A stretch of DNA of 64,000 nucleotides, taken from contig OZ176056.1 of NCBI GenBank assembly GCA_964247055.1, forward strand, positions 1,736,001 to 1,800,000, given 5' to 3'. Each line of letters begins with the position of its first letter. Within the stretch, counting starts at the first letter, position 1. This DNA is from Paragordius varius. Lineage: Eukaryota; Animalia; Nematomorpha. This document shows positions 42,801-55,400 of this stretch, one piece after another. Made by a program: the position numbers and the translations under genes. The notes under the pieces are model-generated. The model was given only the letters and a program-made list of their open reading frames with translations, had not been told where the DNA came from and made no database searches.

Positions 42801-43615
42801 AATTTGTTAAACATCTAAGAAATTACAAAAGTATATAATTAAGTCTACCTAACCAATTTTATTAATCACTATTAAAAAGAAATGGACCAAAAATAATCAA
42901 TATATATCCAATTATAAAAATGATAAAAACACTATTAAATTTTAAATTACATTTTATAAAAAATTATAAATATTCATGCATTTAGACTTAGTATTTCCAT
43001 TTCATTGTATAGTTAGTTATATATCTTAAAATAGAGTAAAAAATTCAAATGGAGAAATTTAATTATGCGTTGTAAATGTCAAGCTGAAATGGTTATTAAG
43101 TAAAATTACTATACGTTTTTTTTTCTTTGAAAAAATATTAATATAATGTACAAATTAACTTTGAAAACTAAAAAATTTATAAATTAATATCACATAATCA
43201 AAATGTCGGGAACTAAAAAACATTTATGGCAAAAATCAGATAGAAATTCCATTTTTTATAAAAAAAATCCATTTTTAAAATATATTTACCCTATTAATTT
43301 TATCATCAGCTGTGGATGTGAATGAAGCATCTTCCGTCCTTTCGCCATAATCCAAACTGTGAGATCTATGTTGAGCGGCGGAAATAGATTTGACAACAGA
43401 TGACAAGCCAACATTATTTTTGCTTTGATGATCAGCTGATCTTAGGGTCTCAACTGGGGCGGCTAAACTAACTTTTCGGGCTTTTAGAAGATCCGTAGCA
43501 GAAGAAGGAGAATATTGGGAACAAACTGTACTAGCAAATGTACCCAAATACTTACTGGCCTAAGGGGGGGGAAACAAAGTTTAAATTAATTGATTATTAT
43601 TTAAATATAATTGAT

Positions 43616-43649
<34 letters not shown>

Positions 43650-46600
43650 AAAATGAAAAAAAACAGTTTGAATAGTATGCCAATTCAAAAACAGTGGTGG
43701 AAACATATTACCGATAAAATTTGAGAATTTTATATAAAACAATAATTTGAATCATTTTTTCTAAAATAAATAAGATAAGAAAAATTAAATATAGATTTTA
43801 CGGATTTACATGTCAATACTTCGTTTTCATAACACAACCGATAAATTGATTATATAAGTAAAAAATCTAAAAGTTAAAATATTTATTTTTGACTTTTCAA
43901 TTTTAATTTTTATTCAATGATTAAAAAAATTACTTTTTTAACACGTTGAAAGTCATCCAATTCCAATCGGGCTATCAAGGTTCCAACTTCCAAAATGGCC
44001 CCAGGTCGTTTCACATAATATAATCTAAGGACAATTTTAAATTATAAATATTAATTTAAACATAATTTATTGATTTGTTTAACAAAAAACTTATTTGATT
44101 TATTAAAATTAGATAAGTAAATTATAAAAAATAGTATTTGGTTTCTTTGTAAATTAAAATTAAATTTGTTTATTTTTCATAGAGATAATTTTTTAGTTCA
44201 TTTAACAGTGATTTTTTATTTGAATATAAATTTATGATTCGAAAAGATGAATTTTAGTAAAAATACGGTCATAACATAAATATAATTTGTTGTTTGAATA
44301 TAGATATTGAAATTTAAAGTATACGGAATTCTTATTTATTTAATACGAAATTTTATTTAAAAAAACCATCTACTCCCCCCCCCCCCCCAAAAAAAAACCT
44401 TTAAAAACGCAAAGAAAAGTAAATACTTTCCAGCCTCTTCAGTTTTAAGGTCAACTACCATTTTCATAACTTCCATTTGAGCATAAACTTGTCCAGCACA
44501 TATGTGTTCACCATCATTTATCGTAAATTCCAACAATTTTCCAGGCGAGGGTGCTTTAAGTTGAGTCGGATCAAACATGTCACGATCAAACACGCAAGTT
44601 TTATTACCTAAAAAAAAATTGATTTAAAAAAATTTTTGCATAAAAAATTTTAAGTATGTTTATTTGGCTTATAAATAAGGATGTCCTATATATTGATGTA
44701 TATAATTTTTTTAACATCCAAAAATTTTTGTAAAAAACTTTTAAAAAATAAAAAATCAGATTCTAGGTTTTTAGGATAAATAAAGATGTCATTTGTATTT
44801 AATCAGTTTACATGTAATTTTTGTAAAAAGTTCTAAAACCTAAAAAAATTAAAAAAGTTTTTAGGGCTGAATATAAATAAGAATTCTTTTGTATTATATA
44901 TAAATAAATATTTTTGTGTAAAAAATTTCTTAAAATTAAAAAAGTTAAATTTTTTGGGTAAGGTTATATAAAAAAATGTAACTGCTTTTGATTAAATAAA
45001 AAATTACAATTATAAATCAATTAAGGCAAATACTTTCTTAGATTGAAAACCCAAATCTTGAACCAAGGTTTTTTAAAATTTAGTGTTTTTTAAGTTACAA
45101 ATAACGAAGAAACGAACAATAATAATTGACCGTTTCGCTATTGTAAATGGCTAAAATAAGATTTTAATTTACAGGTCTGATTTTTTCATTTTATAAGTAA
45201 TACTTTACTTCATCGTTAAAACATACATTCGCACCTCTTTATGCATAGTTATATTAGATTATCAATTAATTTAATTACCAAAAAGAAAAATCTAATGAAT
45301 ATACCAAGAGAAGCCATGTAAATTAAATTATCCTTTAAGCCAATTGATATACTAAAGTTGCCAACAATAGCTTTCTGTAATTGGAATCACACTTATCATA
45401 CACCATTTACATTTAAAATTATTCTCAAACAATTCGAATTCACCCTAAAAATAATTTATGTGTTTTCGGGCTAATATAACTCGATATATTTTTTTTATGT
45501 CATATTTTTATTTTTTCAGTATATTTTATATTTGAACAAAATTTTAATTTTTGAATATATTATACGTAATTAATATTCAAAAACACAAATTATTTTAGGG
45601 TAAATTCGAAATCTTAAAGTGTAAATTTGAAGTGTAAATGGTATTCAATTCAATATTTGTTATTTTATAAATAATGTAGGAAAAAATAAGATTTCAAAGT
45701 ATGTATGTTTTTATATAATTTGTACATCAGTAAAATTAATTTTTAATAATTTTATATCTAAAATAAAAAAAATACATCAATTTTACCTATAACAACTCTA
45801 AATTTGGTACCACCAGCCTCCTCCTTAACATAGCTATTGAAGGATTGATTATTAAGATTAAATAATAGGCTGCCATCACTCAATCTAAAATATTTTAAAT
45901 AAAAATATATTGAATTAAATAAATATATATTTAAAAAAGTTTTATAAAATCTATATTTTTACCTTGCTTTTTAATTTAATCTAAATTTTTAAATGTGAAA
46001 TAAGGCAAAGGATATGTAATTTAGTAAAATATAAAAAAACAATTCATAAAGGTAATACTATAGGTAAAAAAAGTAAAAAAATAGGTTTTTCCTAAAAAAT
46101 TAAATATAATTCAAAAAATTTAAATAAAAAAATTATTCATACCTATGAGCCTCAATTTCAATAAAACTGCCATTCATGAGCAAAAAATAACTGTTTGGTC
46201 CAGTTTTAGTTACCTAAGGAAATATTTATAGTATATACATTATGTACATTCATGTTAGATTACACAGTAGTCTATGGGTAAAAATGATAAAATGGCTAAA
46301 TCAAATATTTTTTCTTGCTTTTACATCACTTTGTACATATAATTTAAGAAGGAAATTTGTTTTATAACACAAGTTACTGTATTACGAATTGACCACACCA
46401 ATAAAGTGAATAGCGGCCAGCAATGCGAATGCTAATTTTAAATTAATTTTCCCAAAAATGACATAAATAAATATATAAAATATTTATGCAAAAAAATAAT
46501 TTTATTTTTATACTTTAGTTTAAACACATTGTTTTAAGACAGATTTTGGTTGGATATAATAAAATATAAGGCAGTAAAAAGTATTTTAACATAAATGATA

Positions 46601-49600
46601 GTTTAAAAGCATGAATGCGTATTTAAACTTGCCGCAAAGCAAAACCTTAACTAAAGAAAAACTGAATATTCACTTATGATACTTTAAATTTACTTTCACT
46701 GTATAAACTCAAGAAAAAGCGTCTAAATTAACACGTTTCCAATCAAAGGAAATTAAATTTGAAGTATTTCAGTTATGAAGCTACAATACACCATTTACAT
46801 AAATTAACCCTAACAAACATTATATATATATTTAAATATCAAATATACCTTATATTTTAATATTTAATAAACATTATGTCTATTTAAATATCAAAATACA
46901 AAAAAAATAAACTATGCATGCAAAGAATTATTTCTTATCAATAAGGGGTTAAGTTAATTCGCAGGTAATATTTTTTAGGGTGAGAAGATTTTAAGGGTAT
47001 ATTTTAGGCGTAAATGGCATAGTTAAAACGAATTTAAAAATTCTCAAAATCACAATATTTAATTTCAAAACTAACTAACTAAGAAACCTACTGACCTGTA
47101 TACACTATATTTAATGCTCACGTATTAAATCAACCCAAAGAGTTTCAATTAACATGTGTTTTAAAGTTTATGGTTCTTTTAACAGAAAGTTAACTTAAAA
47201 ATATCCAAAATGCTAGAAATTTTACATTCTTAATGAGCTGTCTATATTTAATCCCTTTGCTAATCAACCGAAAAAATATGAATAAAGATGTGTTTTAAAA
47301 TTTTTGTTTCTTTTAAAAAAAGTTATATATATATATACTATAAAAAATATCTACAAATTTGCTAAAAATCGTCCTTTTAAACTATTTATATTGAATAAAT
47401 TTCCAAAAATAAACTAATTATTAACCTGCACACTATATTAATGCTTCACGTATTAAATCAACCGAAAGAGTTTCAATTAACATGTGTTTTTTCGAAAAAA
47501 ATTTGCTAAAAATCTTTTAAACTATTTATATTGAATAATTTCCAAAAATAAACTAATTAACCTGTACACTATATTTAATGCCTTCACGCATTAAATCAAC
47601 CGAAAGAGTGTGAATTAACATGTGTTTTAAAATTTCTGTTTCTTACAAAAGAAGCTTAAAAGAGGTTTAAAAATATCCAAAAATTAATTAAAAGTTGCAA
47701 ATATTTTATACCCAAAAACCAACTATTTATATTTTAATTTCCAAAAATGAACTAATTACCTGAACACTATATTTAATGCCTTCACGTATTAAATCAACTG
47801 AAATAGTTTCAATTAACATGTGTTTTTTCCAAAAAATTTGCTAAAATACTATTAAACTACTTATATTTTAATTTCCAAAAAAGAACTAACCTGTACACTA
47901 TATTTAATGCCTTGGGGTATCAATTCAACCGAAAGAGTGTCAATTAACATGTGTTTAATAATTTGTGTTTTTTTTAAAAATAGCTTAAAAGAGGTTTAAA
48001 AATATCCAAAAATTAATTAAAAGTTGCATATATTTTATACCCAAAAACCAATTAACTAACTAAGTAAGTAACACTAACCTGTACACTATATTTAATGCCT
48101 TCCCGTATTAAATCAACCGAAAGAGTGTAAATTAACATGTGTTTTTTCTAAAAAAATTTGCTAAAAATCCTTTCAAACTACTTATATTTTAATTTCCAAA
48201 AATGAACTAACTAATTACATGTACACTATATTTAATGCCTTTACGTATTAAATCAACCGAAAGAGTGTGAATCAACATGTGTTTTTTCCAAAAAAATTTG
48301 CTAAAAATCCTTTTAAACTATTTATATTGAATAATTTCCAAAAATGAACTAATTAATTAACCTGCACACTATATTTAATGCCTTCACGTATTAAATCAAC
48401 CGAAAGAGTGTGAATTAACGTTGTAGCAGGTAGGCATTGTCCACGGGCCAACGCATTTCGAAATCGATCTACACTCGAACAAATTTTTTGATCAGCTATA
48501 TGTATACTGGCACATATAACTCCAATCAAGGTATCCGGTTTTTCAGACTAATTATTAGATAATTTAATTTAAAAAAAATGTAAAAATATTTATTTAAAAC
48601 CATAAAAATTTTGATTATTCTCATAGATTTCACTTTTTGAAAAGTAAAAAACATAATTAATTTAAAATTTTATCCAAATATTAACACCTGAAAATTAAAT
48701 ATTGAAATTAAACATATGAATAGTTATGTGTATAATTTCCAATCAAGGTATCCGGTTTTTCAGACTAATTATTAAAATAAATTTCATAATATATAATGGG
48801 TAATTTTCTCAATTTTGCTAATTTTCGATATTTGTTTGTAAAAAATAAAATATTTAAAATAAATTCCATAAAAATTTAAAATATTCTGATAGAATTCACT
48901 TTTTGAAAAGTAAAAAGGTAATTAATTTAAAATTTCATCCAAATATAAAAACCTGAAAATACAATATTGAGATTAAACATATGAATAGTTATGTGTATAA
49001 TTTCCAATCAAAGTATCAGAATTTTCGGACTAATGTTATATAATTGTTTGAAAGTTAAAAAATATATGTAAGATTTTTATAAAATTATTTAACTTTTTAA
49101 AAAAATTAAATTTATTCTCTATATAAGTAGGGTAAAAGCTTTTTTGCAAAACCGTATTTAGTCTTAATATAAATTTATTTCATTCAAACATCGATCTAAT
49201 TAAAACCGTTTAAACTAACGATGTAAAATTATAAAAATACCAACCTTAACTTTTTAATATTATTATTGCTTTATTTAAAATTATGTTACGCGTTCAATTT
49301 TTAAAAAACCAAATATCCAAGAAGAATTTTATCCATTACATCTAAGATTAGATTTTTCAGGAATCAGTAAAGTAATAAAATGTATAAAATTGCCATTTTA
49401 TATATACTTATAATAAATATAAATAAATTAAGAAATTTTTTAAATATTTAAAATTGAATAGCAAGTAATATAAAATACTTGAAATTTTTCAGCAATGAGT
49501 TTATCCAACCATTCGGTATCAAAATTATTTTTTTGAAAGCTTTCCGTTTCCAACAGTGTTATGAGGTATTCAACAGTAGTTCTAAAATCACCCTTAATCG

Positions 49601-50406
49601 ATAATTCTTTAAGGCCAACTACCAAATTCCTCAAAAATAAATTAAAAAGGCGAAATTAATTGTAAATTATTCATTAAAACTAAATTTGTAAAAAAATCAT
49701 TTGATACTAAAATTACAATTTTTTTATCAATAATTCCCGGAAATGGAATTATCCATAATTTGCAAAAATATGCTCAAATAAATTTTGGTAAAATTATTAA
49801 TTTCTTAAACAACAATTTTTTTCTAAGTAAGTCTCCATCTAATTGGTAAAAAAATAAAAAAGATTTGTTATATTTTGTTTACATTTTACAGTCCTGAGTA
49901 TGAATTCGAATTATTCATAAATATGTCCATATATATAAGATGCGACCACGAAATTTTTTTTGAGTTAAAAATGCGTGCGAAGCCATTTTGTGTTAGACAC
50001 GCCGCCATAAACCACATTGTAAAAAAATTAAAAAAATTTGAAAAAATTATTGTTATATGTTTAATTGGTATTAGTAATAAACCAATAAATATATACCATT
50101 TACAATTCTAATATACCCTCGAGAGATTTAAATTCACCCCTGAATAATTCAAATTTACCCTTGAAAAAAATAATGTATTTTCCGTCTAATATAACTCATC
50201 ATTAATATGAAATATATCTTAATGGCATAGTTTATTAATTCATTATTATTTAAATTTTAAACGAAATCTCATTTTTTAAAAATAAAAAGAAATATATGTA
50301 ATTTTTAATCTTATAAAACAAATTTATTTTAGGGTGAATAAGAGTTGTTCAAGGGTGAATTTGAATTGTTTAAGGGTAAATTTAAAAATGGTAAATAATA
50401 ATTCAT

Positions 50407-50437
<31 letters not shown>

Positions 50438-52393
50438 CCAAAATTTTGCTAAAAGTTTTAAAAGTTTTATTTTAAATAAATTTTGCTATTTCGAATATAA
50501 ATAACTAGATATATACATTACTAGGTTAAATATCTTTTATTTTTTCAAAAAAATCCAACATTTTTATAAATTATAACTCTTGAACATTTTTGTCAAAAGT
50601 TTCAAAAGTGAAATTAATTATAAAAAATACTGTCTAGCCTCATCACGGTTTTCACCCCACGAAAAGCAATGTCCAAACTGGGAATCGGCAAATTCATGCA
50701 AACCGCCCGAAGCCCCAACGCTAAAATATCCCCAAATATTTTTGTTACTCCGGAAATTTAGTTCCTAAGAAATGTATGTTAGAAAATATTTATACAAATA
50801 TAAATAATTGAAAAATCAAGTAAATAATTGAATGAATTAATAAAAGATAACTGTATTAAACTAATCGCTTTTTAACCTCATAAATCACATTCAAAACAAC
50901 TAAACTAACACAATTTTACAAAACTTATAAAACCCTTAAAATCAAATATTAATAAAAATTGCTTCAAAAAAGTTACTTGAATTTGCCCCGACGTTGGTTT
51001 AAATCCTTCGTCAGGATTTTCACTCGTTATCCTACAAGCTATGACATGTCCCCGGGGTCGCGGTTTATATTGAGAATCTACGCTGGCTGCTGATAAGATT
51101 GAATATCCATCCGTGATTGAATTATTTAGGCGTTGATTTCGAACCAAAATATTTTCTAGCGGGCCGCTAGAATTAGCATTTTCGTTTTCATTAATAAAAT
51201 TTTCAGATATTTCAGTTTTTTGGCTTGAAATTTGCATTTTCTCATTTTGGTTTGTAAGGGGTGTTTCAACAACAGTTTGTTTTATTATGGCATTTGTATT
51301 GGCAGTTATGGGTACTAAAAACACCATAAAAGATTAATAATGATAAGGCAATTAAGAATGAATTTAAGTAAATTTTTTGTAAAAGCAAATTATTTGTATT
51401 TGAATATAAATCACATGGTTTCAAGCGTTCAAAATCTATATTATTAAATAAAATCTAATTTACAATTCAAAATAAGATGGATATATCTAAAAAAGTATTT
51501 TTCTCCACATTTTGATTTATAAATAATTATTAATTAATTTTATAATTATATAACCCTCATAAATTCCTGATTTATTTACCGATTTCCATATAATTCATTT
51601 TTATATCCAAAAAAATTGAAAAAATAAAATTTACTTTGAGATAAGGGTGATTCTACCATAAACCACGGAGATAAACCCATATAAACTCGAATATCTTTTA
51701 TACGGTAAAGTGGTAAGCCCATAGCAATCTAAAAAAATAAAATTTGATTAAATAATAAATTAAAAGTAATTTAAGATTAGAAATTATATTTAATTTAAAA
51801 TATTTTTAAAATAGGAAATTCGATTTAAAATTAATATAATACTGAAAAAATATAGACTATACCATAAATATATTTCATATTAATGATGAGTTAAATTAGC
51901 CCAAAAACACATAATTTATTAGGGTAAATTTGAATTGTTCGAGAGTGAAATTAAATTGTTCAAGGGTGGATTCGATTTGTAAATGGTATAAATTTATGTT
52001 CAAAAAACAAAGAATTCGGAAATTATATTACATATTATTTTGATAAAACTATAAAACTTTAGATAAACTCTAAACATTACATATATATACCTGTAATTGA
52101 CAAGCCGGTAAATTAATGTCACAAATCATTTCTGTACACGGGTGTTCAACTTGAAGTCTAGGATTTAGTTCTAAAAAGCAAAAAGTCCCTTTCGCTGTAT
52201 CATACAAGTATTCTACGGTTCCTGCACTAACGTAGCCAACCATACGAGCTAATCTTACAGCGGCCTACATACATATAAAAAGAGTTTTTTCCTATTCACA
52301 TCTCATTAAATTTGTTGATTAAATTGTGGACAAAATTTGTTTTATCTTATATGCTACAGTAACAATTATGTGAATTGGATAACACAAATGTTA

Positions 52394-52431
<38 letters not shown>

Positions 52432-55400
52432 TTGGTTTAAATATTTGGGTATAATAAAAAAGAGTTTTTGAGTTTTTTTAATTTTCCTAAAATTGTAGCT
52501 ACAGAGCCTAAAACAACTCAAAATACAAATTATTAATTGTGCAATACTTACGTTGGATAATAAAACTTACATTATTTTGACAAAAACGAACGATTCTGTG
52601 AATTTGGCTGTGAAGATGAATACATACATTGATAAGGCAAATTTTTAATGTTATAGGCTATAATATAAGCTATTATAAAAAGCTTCACAAGCAATATTAC
52701 CTTTTCGCTAGCTCACAAGAAACTTGCACTTTTTGGTGTTTTTTTTAAAAATAATATCAAATTGACCAAATATTAGAACATATCTATCATTTATTTTTAA
52801 ATTTTTAACACAATTTAATTACCTAATACCTTTTAATAGTCCCCAAAACCAAAAAACTCTAAAAGTTTAAAATCAACCTTTTCCATTTCTTCAATCACGT
52901 GGGCGGTTGCTATGGTAACCGGTGCTTCCTCAATAATCTTTTGATGTCGCCTTTGAATGGAACAATCTCGACCAAAGAGAGAAATAGCTGTTCCATAACT
53001 ATCAGCCAGCAGTTGAACTTCCAAATGCCGACAATGGCTAGCAAGGGCCATCAAGAAAATGGGTGATCCTGGGACTTCAGTTTGAACCTTTTAAAGAATT
53101 GTAGTATTTTATTATTGGTAATAAAAATAAATTTTGGTTTAAATACATATTTTTATATTTCATTTATCACATGCTTTTTGCAATATGTGTATACTGTGGT
53201 ATTAATTTTCTTCTATGATTAAATAAAAAAAAATTATCACACTTGAGCCATAATTTATTTTTATGCGAAATCGTAATAATAAAATAAAATTGTGTTGAGA
53301 AAAAAAACATTACTGATTTCTTAATATAAATAGCTGTATATATACCAATTACAATTCAAATTCACCCTTAAATAATTCAATCAGCCTAAACAATTCACAC
53401 GTAAAATATGTTTTTTTAGGATTAAAATTACCTATAAATTTATATAATTTTAAAATAAATTTTGTTAAATACTGAAAAAAAATAAACTATCATAAAAATA
53501 TTTTATATTAATGATGAGTTATATTAGTTCGAAAAAACATAATTTAATTCTAGAGTGAATTTAAATCGTTCAATATATATATATTGAAAATCTTTTTTAA
53601 CATTACTACTTAAAACTTAAATCATATAGATATAAACAAATGTAAATGTTTTTATAAAGAGGCAACTTAAATAGAGATGTAAATTAATAAAACAATTAGT
53701 AACATAATTGGTAAGAAAAAATTAAAAATTAAACGTTAATCATGTTTTGCAATTACTTAATAAATAATTCAATCTTATTTTAAGTCGACTATATTGAACC
53801 AAATTTTTAGCTAATAAATTTCGAAAGGATAATAAAAATATAATTTATCATTTACTGTTTTTTATGAACTATTTTACGAATATTGACATAATTCTTTAAA
53901 ACAAATAATAAAAATAAATTTTTCAATTTTTTTAAAAAAATTTTTTTTTATAAAAAATAAAAATTATACCTGTTTAAAAGCTATTGGAAAATCTTCAGGT
54001 TTTAATATTTTACGTATCCCTTTACCTCCACCACCTTCAGAAGCTTTAATCATAATGGGGTATCCAATTTTTTTGCTCATCTGAAAAATTTTTTTTGTTC
54101 AAAATATAAAAAATAAAATGTAAGTGTGATAATTTAAAAGAATTCTATACCATTTGCACTTCAAGAGTGTCCTTGAACACTTCAAGTTGGTCCTTAAACA
54201 GTTCAAGTTGATCTTTCAACAGTTCAAGTTGGTTCTTGAACGATTCAAATTGGTCCTTGAACAGTTCAAATTGGTCCTTTGACTTTTTTGTTATGTTTTT
54301 AAATTTTATCAATTAAATCGTATATCTTTCTCGTTTTAATTTAACAATTTTAAAAAAATATCAACTTTAAATCATTGAAAAATCGTATAACTTTTTAATT
54401 TCATGAAATTTTTTGGATATTAATAAAATTTTAAAACCTAATTTAAATATATATAAGTTTTCTGGGTTATTATTTACAATTTTCATTAAAAACATTTAAA
54501 AATTTAATTGCGTTAAATTAAAAAATGGTTTAAAATAAAAAAGTGGTTTTTAAGTAGAAATTTTAATTTTAAAATGATATATAATAAACAAAGAAAATTG
54601 GGTTAAAAATAATAAAATAAAAAAATAAATGCAAAAATTATGGTTAAATCAAAATTTAAAAATTTTAAGGACCAAATTGAAATGTTCAAGGACCAAATTA
54701 AATTGTTCAAGGACCAACTTGAACAGTTCAAGGACACTCTTGAAGTGCAAGTGATATATATTAAATATATTTTTAAATGCAAAAAACTATTCATTTAAAC
54801 ATTATTTTTATTATGTAATATATGCGGAATACAAGCGAAAAAAGATAGATATTTGGTAAATACCTAATTAATTTTCCTAAATCAAATGTTTTATAGCTAA
54901 AATAAAAAAATATATGGAATTTATGCAAGAAAAATGTTATTCTTATTTTGTTTTTAAACCATATATACAAAAACCTTCAAAAAATTATAATTAAAAAACT
55001 TTGAAAAACCCTTAAAAACCCAAAAAACTCAAAAAAAAAGTATTTAAACTTGTAATCCTTGTTCACAGTTTGAAATACAAGCCGATTCATAAATTTCAGT
55101 TGGGATCAAGTTATTTAAATTATCCAAATCATAATAAGTTGCGGTGTTTTGCGATGCTGAAGTAGAAACACTATTTCCTACATTAGTTATTTGTTTGGTT
55201 GTTGAAACAGTAATACTTTTAGTCATGAGGGATTGATTAGCAAAATGTTCGGCATTTATACTTTGTTGTAGGGAGCGACTTTTGACCTCTAAATTTTCAA
55301 TCTCTATGCCTGTATATAGTATTGGAATAAACTAAATTATAAAACGGACAAAATGTGAAAAAAATAAAATTCTTTTTTAAAAGATTGCTATTCCTTAATT

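Noticed and set aside
47094-48420. CRISPR-like appearance (conserved ~60-nt repeat with variable spacers); likewise 36200-37460
   Set aside because: The repeat is a copy of the adjacent ACC exon end, the spacers are related to each other, no cas genes are present, and the context is a eukaryotic intron.
54603-54794. ORF with heptad-like SLN..WSL periodicity
   Set aside because: It is the translation of the 21-bp MITE subrepeats.
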